The notes under the pieces were generated by a model that was not told the DNA's origin, searched no databases, and was given only the letters and a program-made list of their open reading frames with translations. Both the position numbers and the translations under genes were made by a program. A stretch of DNA of 64,000 nucleotides, from positions 74,400,001-74,464,000 of the forward strand of contig NC_058380.1 in assembly GCF_018350175.1 (NCBI RefSeq), given 5' to 3'. Below, one piece after another: positions 24,121 through 36,702 of this stretch (positions are counted from its first letter, which is position 1; every line of letters begins with the position of its first letter). This stretch comes from Felis catus. Its lineage: Eukaryota.

Positions 24121-25789
24121 TGAGATGTTCAGAGGCCAGAGTCTGACTCTTCCCTCTTCTTGGAGGCCTTTCATTAGTCCCCCAAGGTGTCTCTCCTCCT
24201 GGCCTCTCTAGATCCTTCCCAGAGTTACTTTCATGTGATCAGAGGCTGTTGGGAATAATAGTAAAAACCAGCCTTGTAACTTTCCCTTTAAGGAAACCAC
24301 CTGAGAACCAGACATGTTTCCCAAGATAGTGTTACAAGATCAGGGCTTAACCAGGGTGCAAACCAGAGAGGCTGAACAGGGGAAACGCTTCTGTGCCTCG
24401 TCTCACTCTGAATTATGGGGGTGGGTGCTATCCTCCAATTAGCTCACTCAGCCTCCCAAAGCCGACTCAGCAGCAGCCTGTTCTCCATCCTGATAGGTGG
24501 GAAGGAGCTGCCCACTGACGGAGGAGAGAAGAGGGGCTTCTTTCCGATCCCCCCCCCCCCTCCTGTGTATATGCCTCCATCAGAGGCCACTTGGAACTTA
24601 ACGGGTAGGTCACCGGCCTCCAGCGTCTATAAATAAATTTCCGTTCCCTTCCCCGGGGTTGCGGTAAATCTGGATGGTGAGTACTGGCTCTACCTCCAGC
24701 CCACCTTCCTCCCTCTGCCCCTGCCCTCAGTATTCCATATACCCACACAACCGCTCACTTAGAATCAGCTCTTTCCAGTCCGGTGTGTCAGCAAGAGTGA
24801 GTGATGGAGCCCACAGGCCATTGTTCAGGGGAGGATGGTGGTGAGTCATGGTGAGAGACTCTTCTCAGACGGTGCTGGAAGACAGAATAATAACACCCTT
24901 TGGACCGGCCTCTTAAAATAGAACAGCTGGAGTCTGTGACCATGGGAAGAGAAGTGGTAAGATTCCAGTGTACTGGATGCTTGGGTGCTCTGCCCAATCG
25001 GGTTACCTTCCTTATAAGACCCTGGCTCCTGGTGTGCCCCTGGGTAATTGGAGAGTGTTGCCGCAGGCCATTTGAGGCGGGGCTTCCAAGACTTGGTGGT
25101 TGCAGAAATTTTCGGGATTCCATAGAAACCAAGGACACACCCTACCCAACCTTCACATACACATTTATGTGAAATGGTTCCTATAGTTTCCAGGGTTCAT
25201 GGAACACTCATTCGTGGTCTTCTGGCAAAGAGCTATTGGTCTATGGGTTCTATTTGTTCACTAAGTCTATGAAATACTCTTCTTCCAAATTCTTCTCTCC
25301 ATACCTTCCATAACACCAAACTTTGTTTTGGTTTGATTTGGTTGTCTTTTACTCACAAACATTTATGGGGTGGCTCCGGCAGCTTATGGGAAGGGCTGTA
25401 TTCCTGGGAGGGGGAAGAGAGGAGGGGCTTGCACTTGGGATGTCGGCAAGAAGGGTGCAGACATTGCAGACTCAGGGGCACTGAGGGGCTGACTGGTCAA
25501 GGTTGGCCATTCCAAGCCCAGTGGCTTTCCCCACTTTCCACCCTTCTCCCTGGGATGTAGTAAGTCCCAGGGGTGAGTCACCATATGTCTAAGGCAGCCC
25601 GGGCAATGTCATCCCTCATCATGTGTTTCTGGCCCCAGTTCTGGCCAAAGAGATCAGAGGGGAGGTGTGCTTGGGGCCCTCCCTTCCAAGAAAAAAGGCA
25701 GAGCCTCTGAAGGAAAAACCTTGTTGTTTGTGCCAGTTCTTTCTTCAGTGAGATGTTGGTTTGAGGACTTATATATGACTGCTATGGCC

Positions 25790-26050
25790 ATAGTGTGACC
25801 TTGAGATGATGCGTGAAAATGGAAAAAGCCAAAAAACAGAAAACAAAACAAAACAAAAACCCTAGCAACTTAGGAAGGAGGAGCTAGAAGTTAGGAAGAG
25901 ACTGGGCTCTTGAAGGATTTCATTGATCTTTGACCTACCCTGGATTCTCAGACTCCTAGTCTTATGAAGTACAGTAGTAAGTGTCTGCTTTATTTAAGCC
26001 ACAGCTGGATGGGTTTCCCATTATTTGTAGCCAAAAAGCATTCTGAAGGG
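25790..26050. mobile_element. MaLR LTR (MLT1) fragment
   Basis: tttaagccacagctggatgggtttccc...ttgtagccaaaaagcattctga. Confidence 0.6.
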
Positions 26051-26324
26051 CTGCAAGTGAACAGTCGCAGGTCTTTAACAGGTCCTGGTCCACCACCAGG
26101 GCTCAGAGAAAGAGGGGATCTACTCTAGCTGGAGGTGAAGGATGGACTGAGGAAAGCTGGAAGGAGGTAACAACCTTGGGCCAGGCCAAAAAGATTACCT
26201 CTCCTTTCTCTTTCATTAGATTAGATTGCGATTACTGGTGCCTAACACAGGCACGTGCTCAATAAATATTTGTTGAATGAACACATAAATATGTATATGA
26301 ACGAATGGGTAATTCAATTTTTAA

Positions 26325-26504
26325 ATGTTTATTTATTTTTGAGAGAGAGCAAGCGGGGAAGGGGCAGAGAGAGGGGGACAGAGGATCTGAAGCAGGCTCT
26401 GTGCTGACAGCAGCATGCCCAACATGGGGCTCAAACTCACAGACCGTGAGATCATGACCTGAGCCGAAGTTGGATGCTCAACCAACTGAGCCACCCAGCT
26501 GCCC
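26325..26504 (-). mobile_element. CanSINE
   Basis: 19-bp direct repeat tgggtaattcaatttttaa at 26306-26324 and 26505-26523. Confidence 0.93.
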
Positions 26505-26916
26505 TGGGTAATTCAATTTTTAATGCAGGACCCCAGAGCTCAGGGATGTCCCACCTAATGTTTCTTGGAGGCCTCTGTAGAGTCTCACATATGCTTCCTA
26601 AGAGACCTGATTAGCTTCAGCCCTCTTCGCTGTGAGCAGGACTCTGTGGCAGATGTGTTAACAACGTCACTTGCCATGATAGTAGATATGTGTCCTCCTT
26701 GGAGTATGCAAGTCCTCACAAATCTTACTGAGAAAAGATGGAATGGGATAGATCCACACCCTCTCCAAGAGATAGAAGAAGGGGACTGAGGGAGGTGGAT
26801 GTGGTTGGCTTTGTGGTCGGTGTAGCATTTGGTCAGGGAGACCCTCTTGTTCCCTCCCTAAGACTAAGACAAGCACAAGGCTTTAGGTGGGATGTTTGCC
26901 ACAAAGGGCATTGGCG

Positions 26917-27088
26917 TTTTTTTTAATGTTTATTTATTTTTGAGATAGAGAGAGCACGAGTGGGGGAGATGCAGAGAGAGAGGGCGACAGAGGATCTGAA
27001 GCAGGCTCTGTCCTGACAGCAGGGAACCCCATGAGATCATGACTTGAGCCAGAGTCGGTGCTCCACCGACTAAGCCACCCAGGTGCCC
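26917..27088 (-). mobile_element. CanSINE with internal deletion
   Basis: agggca(t/c)tggc TSD; the B-box segment is shortened. Confidence 0.9.
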
Positions 27089-27489
27089 AGGGCACTGGCA
27101 TTTTGTTGCACAATTAGACATCTATTTAGCCAGCTGGCTTGCAAAACTTCTCATCTACTACCTGAGCAGGGAAAAGAAAATCATGAAGAGATGGCAGAGT
27201 CAGGAGTGATCAGATAGAGAGGGTGCCAGAAATGTGACCTTGATTTCCTCCTTCCTAGGAGCTAAAGAAGATGGAGTCCACACCTTCACATGAAACACGG
27301 TGAGTGGTGCCTGAGGACGTGTGCAACATGGAGCCTTGATGCATCTCAGGGAGACACGTGACCCCAGGATCACTGTTGCTGTTGCTGAGGGGGAAGGCGA
27401 TTTTCGATTTGACATCTGCCACTCAGATGTCAAACCCTTTGTCTGAGACTTTGGGTCTTCTAGAAGGGGTTAGAATGAAAACTTGAAAT

Positions 27490-28061
27490 GGCTGTCTCTA
27501 ATTCTCTGTCAGCAACTGGGTGTCCAATATTTCAGTCTTATTCTGACATTAACTACCCAGAGCTAGACTCCATAAGTTTCAGGGTTCAGTCTCATGAGAT
27601 TGACTTCCCTTCAGACACCAGTCACAAGTCTGGTGGGTGCGGATTGCCACCCTCCTGGCATGTAGATATGTTCACTAACCCAGAAGCTCCCAAATCCCAC
27701 CACATTGGGGTTTTAATGGAAGTTCCACTTTGTAAGTATGATTGATTAATCATCCATTGGTGATCGAACTCAATCGGCAGCCCCTCTCTCCTTCCCTCTC
27801 TTTTTCCAACCCGAGGGGGTCCCAGGCTGAAAGTTCCAACCCTATAATCATATGGCTGGTGTCTCTGGGGACCAGTCTCCATCCGGAAGCTCTCTAGGGG
27901 CCCACCAAGCCTCACCTTATTAGCATAAACTCAGCTGTGTTTGAAAAGGGGGCATTATGGATAATAAAAGATGCTCCTATCACTCAGGAAACTGCAAGGG
28001 TTTTAGGCTCTCTATGCTGGATCCCAGGGACAAAGACCAGACATATTTCTTATTATACCAC
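27490..28061 (-). mobile_element. ERV solo LTR, MER21-like (left boundary uncertain)
   Basis: ggctgaaagttccaacccta...ttagcataaactcag...cagggacaaagaccagacatatttcttattataccaca. Confidence 0.8.
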
Positions 28062-28197
28062 AGTTTGACCAAGTATTTATTAAGGAGTGTCAACTTTGTT
28101 GGAATATGAATAGGATGAGTGGAACCCTTTGAGAATAAGAGGGGTCACATTAACCAGGACTACCCTGGGTACATTGGGGTGTGTGGTAACCTTAATA

Positions 28198-28413
28198 TAT
28201 TTTTTTTAACATTTATTCATTTTTTGAGAGACAGGGAAAGACAGAGTGCGAGTGGGGGAGGAGCAGAGAGAGAGGGAGACACAGAATCCGAAGCAGGCTC
28301 TGGGCTCTGAACTGATAGCACAAAGCCCGACGTGGGGCTCGAGCCCACAAACTGTGAGATCATGACCTGAGCTGAAGTCGGATGTTCAACTGACCAAGCC
28401 ATCCAGGTGCCCC
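28198..28413 (-). mobile_element. CanSINE
   Basis: 17-bp TSD gtgtggtaaccttaata at 28181-28197 and 28420-28436. Confidence 0.93.
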
Positions 28414-29529
28414 AGGGACGTGTGGTAACCTTAATACAGAAACAGCTTTATTTCTTCCAGTAGGAGCTTAAAAACTGCCGTATACCTCTCCTTCCCTTCC
28501 TCTCTTCCCCTTTCCCATTGAGTGGTGGTCCCACGATTTCACTTTTTGTGAGATTCTTCAGTTTTACCCTCTCCTTGGGTCAAAGCCGTCCATGGCACAC
28601 CGGCCTCTGAAGGTACAGGGACACTGGACCCCCTGAACCCTCAGAGCAGCCTGGGTGAGGTCTGGGGTAGTCAGATCTCCTCGCCAGTTGCCTTGGGCCA
28701 TGAGTGATTAATAAATATCATCTTTTTCTGTAAGGTTTGGAAGCACTTCTTTAGGTCATTAGTAGGGTCTCATTTTGGTGTTTAAGATACACTCTTGTTC
28801 ATGTAATTAACTCCCTCCAATTCCAAATGCAATGAAAAACTCTCCTGTTTTTTCACAGGCGGGTTCAGGAACTCCCTCCGAGCAGACAGAGCCGTGGGCT
28901 TGTCAGGCAGGGGTAGCCCTGGATCTCAGCTTGCCAACCCCCCACCCCATCCCCGTCTGGAGACAAACCCTTCACCGCCGAGCGGAGCACGGCAAGACTG
29001 CATCTGTGCCACAGAGAATGTGGGAGACCCGCGTTCCCTGGAATGTGCTTCACTCAAGAGCATTGTTCGTGGGGTGCTTTCTCTCCTAGGAAGCTCCTTG
29101 GGGACCCACTGCCAGTACAGTCAGTTCTGCCGTCACATGACGTGTGCTCCTGAAAATCCCGGTGCTATAAAAGGCAGTGCAAGTGCAAACCCCAGGGCCA
29201 ATGGCGAAAATGTGCTTAGGGCCCAACGCTCAAAAGCTTTTGCAGGGACACATTAATAAAAAGAAAGGAACCTGATAGAAATGATGTCACAGTCTTGCAT
29301 ATATTACGTTGTTAAGAAATACATGAATGCCACACGACGCATGGCCCCTTACCTTGAGGAAGACCTGAAGTTGGCTTATACAAGTGAGGGAAAGCTTGCG
29401 AGTAATGGTCAAGTGGTGGGAGGGGGTTATCTGAAGCCAGAGGGGCAGCTGTAACCCTGATCTGGGGGAGAGCTGAGGCAGCTGGCGATGTTTGAAGCGT
29501 AAGCTTACGTGCATTTTGTGTAATCCTGC

Positions 29530-30335
29530 TGACAGTGTTGAATTTAACTGGAGTCCTATGATCCTGGAAAACAGGGATGACGAGAGAACCCCCTTCTCCT
29601 TTCGGTGTTCCAGAAACAGCTCACTGCAAAGAACCACCCTCCTCATGTGACTTAGAGAAGACTCCCGGATGACCCTTTGTTAACCTGCGGCAAGGCCAGA
29701 CACAGACCCTCCAAATTCCCTTTTTTTTTTTTTGGTTTAGAAATGATTAGCTGAGTTGTTTTGTCCCACTGATCCATTGGAACAAAATGCTTGTTACCCA
29801 AACTTGGGTTGAGCTTTCTCTCCTTCCCCTAGGTCCCTGAGCTTTGTTGGTCCACCCTCAAAAAGTGGAATCTTCTGAGCTACTCTATCTGATCATGCCC
29901 TTTTCTCTCTCCATGCTTGGTTCTTTCAGGCCTTGATTAATTCTCTCCATAAAAGAAAAATCCTTTTGCTTAATCTTTTTTTTTAATTTTTAAAAAATAT
30001 TTATTTATTTTTGAAGAGAGAGAGGGACAGAGTGTGATCAGGGGAGGGGCAGACAGAGAGGGAGACACAGAATCGGAAGCAGGCTTTAGGCTCTGAGCTA
30101 TTAGCAGAGAGCCCGACTTGGGACTCGAACTCACGAACCGTGATCATAACCTGAGCCAGAGTCAGATGCCTAACCAGCTGAGCCACCCAGGTGCCCCTCA
30201 CTTAATTTTTGAAAGCATCGCAGATCTCCCAGTGGGAGAGTTTTTCCTAGTGTAGTTGTCCGTCTGCCACCGTTGCAAAAACCTATCAAATAAAGAGTCT
30301 CCTTGTCTCGGTCCAGATTTGTGTTTTATTTGACA
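29530..30335 (+). mobile_element. ERV1-class solo LTR (MER67-like)
   Basis: TG...CA termini (tgacagtgttgaa...ttatttgaca), AATAAA at 30290, approximate 4-bp TSD ctgc/ctac. Confidence 0.75.
29976..30197 (-). mobile_element. CanSINE inside the LTR
   Basis: cttaat(c/t)ttt TSD. Confidence 0.93.
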
Positions 30336-30606
30336 CTACGAAGTTGGTTCAGGATGGTTCTGCTTGCACCTAGCGTTTCTTGTGGATGAAATAAACATCT
30401 GTATTATGCTTAGATTATTCTCCAGTGCATCCATGGCATAGGAACAAATACACATTTCAAAACAAGTGTTAAAGCTGAACTCACTACAGATGTCTGGCCC
30501 AGAGATTCTGAATCTCAACAGTGGAGGCAGCTTATTCACACACTGGGGTCCCAGTTACGTGATAGTCTTTTAAACTTATGGAAAGATTGTGGTAATACTT
30601 TACAAT

Positions 30607-30816
30607 TGTTTAACATTTATTCATTTTTGAGAGATGGAGAGAGACAGAGCATGAGAGGGGAAGGAGCAGAGAGAGGGGGAGACACAGAATCTGAAACAGG
30701 CTCCAGGCTCTGAGCTGTCAGCACAGAACCTGACTCGAGGTTTTAACCCACAAACCATGAGATCATGACCTGAGCTGAAGTTGGCTGCTTAACCGACTGA
30801 GCCCCCCAGGTGCCCC
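30607..30816 (-). mobile_element. CanSINE
   Basis: tggtaatacttta TSD. Confidence 0.93.
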
Positions 30817-31639
30817 AGATTTTGGTAATACTTTAGATTCTTTGCAAAAATCCATGATATTTCCATTCTCTCCCACTCTCATCTTTATCTTCAAGTAAAG
30901 CCTTTCTGTACAGGGCTTCCTCCTAGAATTGACCTCATAGTCATGAAAATCACAGAATTTCAAGCTGAGAAGGGATTTAAAAATCTCTTGGTCCAAGACC
31001 TTTATCTTATGAAGAAGGAAAATGGTATTGCTGATGGTGAGCTCCTTGGGTCAGGTCCAAGGCTAGTTTCATATCTGAGACCCTCATGCTTAGCTCAGGT
31101 CCTGGTATGATCAGGTACTCAAGAGGAATCAAAATTAATGACAAACCCAAAGGGAAGTTTGAAGGAAAGGCATCAAGGCAGGCACCTTACTTGATGGTCT
31201 GTTGAATGACACCAATTGACCAAAGGCTCTTCTTTCTTCTAAAACCAACCCAAAATTGTTCTCATTCCCACTCTCTAGGTGTTCCCTAAACCATCAGAAA
31301 TATAGAGGCAATTTTGTGCTCAGGGAATACTGAATTGAACTTTTTCTATTTTTCCTAGTTGATGGTTTTTGCCCATATCACAGTAGATGATGTGGATTAT
31401 AAATGGCCAGACTGCATACTCTAAAATGTGACTCCTCTGGGAGTTTTTAATCTATCCGAGACACAGACAAACACAGCAGGGAAAAGTGAAAATATCTCTG
31501 CTTCATTAGTGGATATTTATGAGCTTGTCTAGGGTCGCCATGGTGACCAGAAGACAGGAACTACTTGTAGATGCCAGTACCTGTAGAAGATCTCAGGTAA
31601 GGGATGAAGCTATTACTGACAATGAACTATGGACCAGGT

Positions 31640-31790
31640 TGCTTAGCATCTATTTATTTAATCCTCACACACACCTACAAGGATGTTAGTATTACCCCAT
31701 TTAACACTGAGAAAACTGAGGCTCAGAGGCACTAGGCCATTTGCTGAAGACCACACAGATCTGAACTTGGCACCACCTAGCCCTGACGTC
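31640..31790. mobile_element. MIR fragment
   Basis: ttaatcctcacacac...ccccatttaacactgagaaaactgaggctcagag. Confidence 0.8.
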
Positions 31791-32139
31791 TGTGTGAATT
31801 GCACCTCCTGGAACGGTGAGCATCACCATGCTTTGACTCAGGTGGTGGAAGGTGGCATAAAACTGCACAGAGACATGCATGTACCCAGGAAAGTGCATCA
31901 CTGGGGCTGGTGGAGCCACCACCAGCCTCGCTCAGGATGCCACAGGCCACCACTCACGGGATCCAGCTCCTCTGTAACTGTTTCCTTTTTCCCCCTTTCG
32001 TTTCTTTCTTCTCTCCTCCCTAAGAAAAAGAATCCAGTTGCTTTGTTTAGTCATAATCATGCACACAGTGGAGTTCTGGCCCACGGTTGGTGGCTATTTT
32101 GGATCAAGGCTCAATCCTTGTCTCATCAGTTGAACCTGA

Positions 32140-32580
32140 TGGTTAGTGTGGGTTCTCTGGGAAGCAGACCTTGAAGCAATGATTTAAGCCCAAGATTTCA
32201 TTGGGAAGGTGCAGAGGGGCAGATTGGTAGGGGAATACAGAAGTGACACAAGGAAGGGGAGGAACATTATTGAGCCAGCGATTGTGGTGGGAGACTATCG
32301 TTAATTCCCTAGGGAAAATCCAACACAAAACATTTGCCCCAGAATTATTCCACTCAAAGGTCGAGAGAAAACAGATATCCATACACCAACTCCCTAGTGC
32401 CACTGGGTGAGGGTTGCTCCCTGGGGATGTCAATTCCTGGTCACTTTCAGCTGGCTCTGCACATCGGAAGAAGGGGGTTAGAAAAAGTCTTCAGGCTGAG
32501 ACATGCAGATACTGACTGCTGGAAATGGGCTAGTGCCCGCTAAAAGGTCACAGGAAACTGGATGGGGCAATGACAGCTGC
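32140..32580. mobile_element. ERVL LTR relic (LTR16/LTR33-like)
   Basis: gggttctctgggaagcagaccttga...ttcattgggaagg start motif. Confidence 0.55.
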
Positions 32581-32782
32581 TGCTACATCAGGGTTGCAGG
32601 GTTATGTGAGCAAAAGCATGACGACCTGTGTGCAAGGGTCTGCCTTCTGGCCACTTGGCTCATAAGTGAGCTGAGAAAGTGGCAGACACAGTGTGATCGG
32701 GCATCTTCTTGTAGACAATGACCTCTCCTTTCAGAAGACCAGACTGCCTTCTCAACGTAGCCCATAATAACAGGCCGTTTTA

Positions 32783-32995
32783 GGGCACCTGGGTGGCTCA
32801 GTTGGTTGTGTCCAACTTCAGCTCAGGTCATGATCTCGTGCTCTGTGAGTTCAAGCCCTGCATCAGGCTCTGTGCTGACAGCTCAGAGCCTGGAGCCTGC
32901 TACAGATTCTGTGTCTCCCTCTCTCTCTGCCCCTCCCCTGTTCACGCTCTCTCTCTCTCTCTCTCTCTCAAAAATAAAGATTAAAAAAAATAAAA
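32783..32995 (+). mobile_element. CanSINE
   Basis: aataa(c/a)aggcc TSD. Confidence 0.93.
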
Positions 32996-33592
32996 GGCCA
33001 ACACTTCCTGCATTATCTCATTGACCACCTAACCCCACCCCTGCAATATTCCTGTAGGGTAGGACTATTATTTTCATTTTACAGAAGACAAAAGCGAGGC
33101 TAAGAAAACAGAGATAACGCCTTTCTGAAGATATCACTTTCAAAAGGTTGTTGTATAGAAAATGGTGGGGATAACAATTTAGTTAAGAGGTAATTGTGTA
33201 TTGCTCCTGGCAGATTTATCCATCCCACGATCTAGAGCCCCACAAAGTGCTTTGCACGGAGAAGATGCTCAATGAATGGTATGTTCGACTGAAGTTCTGG
33301 TTTATGAATGTATTTCCTGGAAAGATCTTGTCAGAGACAAAAATGCACAGGGGAATTATGGAGATATTTTTGTTCAGGTTATCACAGCAGGGAGAGGCAT
33401 CCAGGTGTGAAGGTCAAGGTATGTTGGCAGGGTGGCTGTACCTTCGACTTACAGGGAGGAGCACACAAGTTCCAGGTAGGGTGATGTAGAGCTAGAATTG
33501 TTTTGTCATCAGAGGAAGTCTCAGCTAGCTGAACAGGAAGTGTTTATCTCTGTGTCTGGCTGGTTTTGGAGGGACAAACAATTCTAATCTTT

Positions 33593-33816
33593 TTTTTTTT
33601 AATTTTTTAATGTTTATTTATTTTTGAGAGACAGAGACAGAGCATGAGCAGGGGAGGGGCAGAGAGAGAGAGAGAGAGGGAGACACAGAATCGGATGCAG
33701 GCTCCAGGCTCTGAGCCGTCAGCACAGAGCCCGATGTGGGGCTCGAACTCACCAGTGGTGAGATCGTGACCTGAGCTGAAGTCGGACACTCAACCGACTG
33801 AGCCACCCAGGTGCCC
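33593..33816 (-). mobile_element. CanSINE inside the LTR
   Basis: 16-bp TSD aaacaattctaatctt. Confidence 0.95.
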
Positions 33817-33973
33817 CAAAACAATTCTAATCTTAATCGCTCGTGAGGCAAAGAATGGGAAGTCCAGGGTCGTGGGTGGTTGGTTTTGTTAAGTAAACAA
33901 GGGAGTCATCTGTGAATTTGTGGTAGTCATGACAACGAGTGTCCAGGGAGCCTTATCTAAATTGTATGGGAAA

Positions 33974-34204
33974 GGGGCGCCTGGGTGGCTCAGTCAATTA
34001 AGTGTCTGATTTTGGCTCAAGTCATGATCTTGCAGTTCATGAGTTCAAGCTCCCCGTTGGGCTCTGTGCTCACAGCTCAGAGCCTGGAGCCTGCTTTGGT
34101 GTCTGTGTCTCCCTCTCTCTCTGCCCCTCCCCTGCTTACACTCTGTCTCTCTCTCTCTCTCTCTCTCAAAAATAAATAAACATGAAAATAAATAAATAGA
34201 TAAA
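33974..34204 (+). mobile_element. CanSINE inside the LTR
   Basis: taaattgtatggg TSD. Confidence 0.95.
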
Positions 34205-34433
34205 TAAATTGTATGGGGAAGAGTGGTCCTTTTGGGTAAGTCATTTCTAGGAACACACAAAGATGGGGGGATTTTGGAAAACAAAGGTTAGGGAGACTTT
34301 TGAACTGTTGCTGTTTTCCAGGATCACAGGACTCAGAGAAAGTTCAACATTGTCAATTTCATTAAAAATATATATAAAACTTAAGCTATATTTAATTATA
34401 TATTATGCCTCACTTGTTTAAAAGATAAAAAGA

Positions 34434-34789
34434 GGGGCACCTGGCTGGCTCAGTCAGTGGAATATGTGACTCTTGATCTTGGGGTCGTGAGTTTGAGCCC
34501 CATATTGGTTGTAGAGATTACTTAAAAATAAAATCTTAGGGGCACCTGGCTGACTCAGTTGATTAAGCATCCGACTCTTGATTTCAGTTCAGGTCATGAT
34601 CTCACAGTCTGTGAGATTGAGCCCCACACCAGGCTCTCTGTCGACAGTGTGGAGTCTGCTTGGGATTCTCTCTCTCCCTGTCTCCCTTTGCCCCTCCCTG
34701 GCTCGTGCTCTCTCTCTTCTCTCGCTCTTAAAAAAATAAAATAAACATTAAATTAAAAAAACATTAAAAATGATAAAAAAAATAAAAAC
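34434..34789 (+). mobile_element. Head-to-tail CanSINE pair: short element (34434-34538) then long element (34539-34789)
   Basis: Two ggggcacctggct heads; the second starts right after aaaatctta of the first. Confidence 0.88.
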
Positions 34790-35670
34790 AGAAACTAGTC
34801 ACACACACACACATAGATGCAACAAGAATAATTTTTTCTCCAAAGACAAATGCATCCTTGTCACCTCTCTGCTGGCTTCCCACTGTTTTCCAGATAAAGA
34901 TGAAAGTTCTTAGCAAGACCTCCAGGCCCTACATGATCTGGTCCGTCTGCCCCTCTGGACTCATCTCTGGGCCTTCTTACCTCTCTATCTGGGCATTTCA
35001 GTCTCCATTGCTCTTCCTGGAATTTTCCATGCTCTCTTTTGTCTAAAAACTGTTGCCCAAGTTGTTTTCTCTGCCTCAAAAACTCTCCACCCCTCCTGAC
35101 TTCAACCCCACCCGGGTTTAGACACTTCAAGCTTTTCTGGTTACCTTTACCTTTTCGGTACAGACTAGGTTCCTTAGTTAAAAATTGCCAGAGATCCGTC
35201 AACCACCAGAAGTTTATCAACCACTTTGAAGCAACTATCTTCATTTGAATGTCATCTAGAATATGTAAAAAGTGGTAAATAAATGTACCTTCCATGATAC
35301 ATGTGCAATAAGAACTCCTATAACTGTATATATATGCCTTTGATGTATTTTCACCTCAAGGTTATCAACTGTGTGTCTGACAAGTACTATTAAATAAATC
35401 TGTAATCTATCGAAATTTTTGGTTTTAAACATTGTAACAGAAATGGTTTCACAAACGCAACATGTAAAACGCTATTACATTTTGAGCATAACTACTTTAG
35501 TGAATAGTTATTCTTTTAAAAAAAACAAAAAACAAAACAAAAATCCCTGGAGGTCAAAATTCTTTTCCTTTAGAGCAGCACCAATGGAAATACAATGTGA
35601 GCCACACGTGTGATATTATATGTTCCTCTTGGCAAATTTGAAAAAGTAAAAAGAAGAGGTGAAATTCAAT

Positions 35671-36345
35671 GTTTTTGTTTTTTTTAATTTAAAAAGTTTT
35701 AATTGCCGTGAAATACACATAAAACATACCATCCTAGCCATTTTCAAGTGCACAGCTCAGTGGTGTCGAGTACATTCACATTGTTGTGCGGTCAATCCCC
35801 AGACCTGTTTCATTCTGCAAAGCCCAAACTGTCGACCCGTTAAACCACACCCCATTCTCCTCTCCCCCAGTCTCCGGCAACTACCATTCTACTTTCTGTC
35901 TCTAGGAGTTTGACGACTCTACGTACCTCCCATAAATGGAATCATACAGTATCTGTCTTTTTTTACTGACTTATTTCACTTTAATAATGTCCTCAAGCCT
36001 CGCCCACGTTGTGGCAGGTGTCAGCATTTCTTTCCTTTGTATGGTTTGTTCTTCCCTTCAGGGACACCTGGGTTTCTTCCACATTGCGGCTATTATGAGT
36101 AGTGCTATGAACATGGATGTGCAAATATTTCTTCAAGACCCTGCTTTGGGGTTATCTGCCCAGAAACAGAATTGCTGGATCACATGATAATTTCACTTTT
36201 CATTTTTGGACAAACTACCATACTATTTTCCATAGCAGCTGCACCATTTTATATCCCCACCAACATCACACATGGGTTCTCATTTCTTTTCATCCTTGCT
36301 AACACTCATTATTTTTTATAGTAGCCTCCCTAATGGGCATAAGGT
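35671..36345 (-). mobile_element. L1MB-like 3' end inside MER33
   Basis: T-tail and antisense L1 3' UTR; ggtgaaatt on both sides. Confidence 0.85.
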
Positions 36346-36522
36346 GGTGAAATTAATTTTAATAAGACATTTTATTTATCCCAGTGTATTTGAAATATTA
36401 TCGAGTCTACCATCAATAAAAAAATTATTAATGAGGCATTTTACATTTTTTGGTGCAAAGCCTGAGATGTGTTATATATTTTATTCTGAGAGCATATTTC
36501 AATTCAGACTAGCCACATTTCA

Positions 36523-36702
36523 CTGTCGGTTAAGCAACTCTTGATTTTGGCTCAGGTCACAAGCTCACGTTCGTGGATTCGAGCCCCCATTGAGCTCTGC
36601 ACTCACAGCATGGAGCCTGCTTCAGATCCTCTGTCTCCCTTTCTCTGCCTCTCCCCCTCTCAAAAAGAAATAAATGTTAAAAAAATTTTTAATTAAAAAA
36701 AA
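36523..36702 (+). mobile_element. 5'-truncated CanSINE inside MER33
   Basis: 17-bp TSD agactag(c/a)cacatttca at 36506-36522 and 36703-36719. Confidence 0.9.

Larger units (their letters stand above)
29118..30486. mobile_element. Tigger-family (Tc1/mariner) DNA transposon relic split by an LTR
   Basis: ta|cagtcagttctgc left end and degenerate gctgaactcac|ta right end; internal sequence resumes after the LTR at 30336. Confidence 0.7.
33329..34356 (-). mobile_element. ERV1-class solo LTR (MER67-like) carrying two SINE insertions
   Basis: Reverse strand starts tgacaatgttgaactttctctgagtccctgtgatcctggaaaacag and ends tctctgaca; approximate 4-bp TSD atct/attt. Confidence 0.75.
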
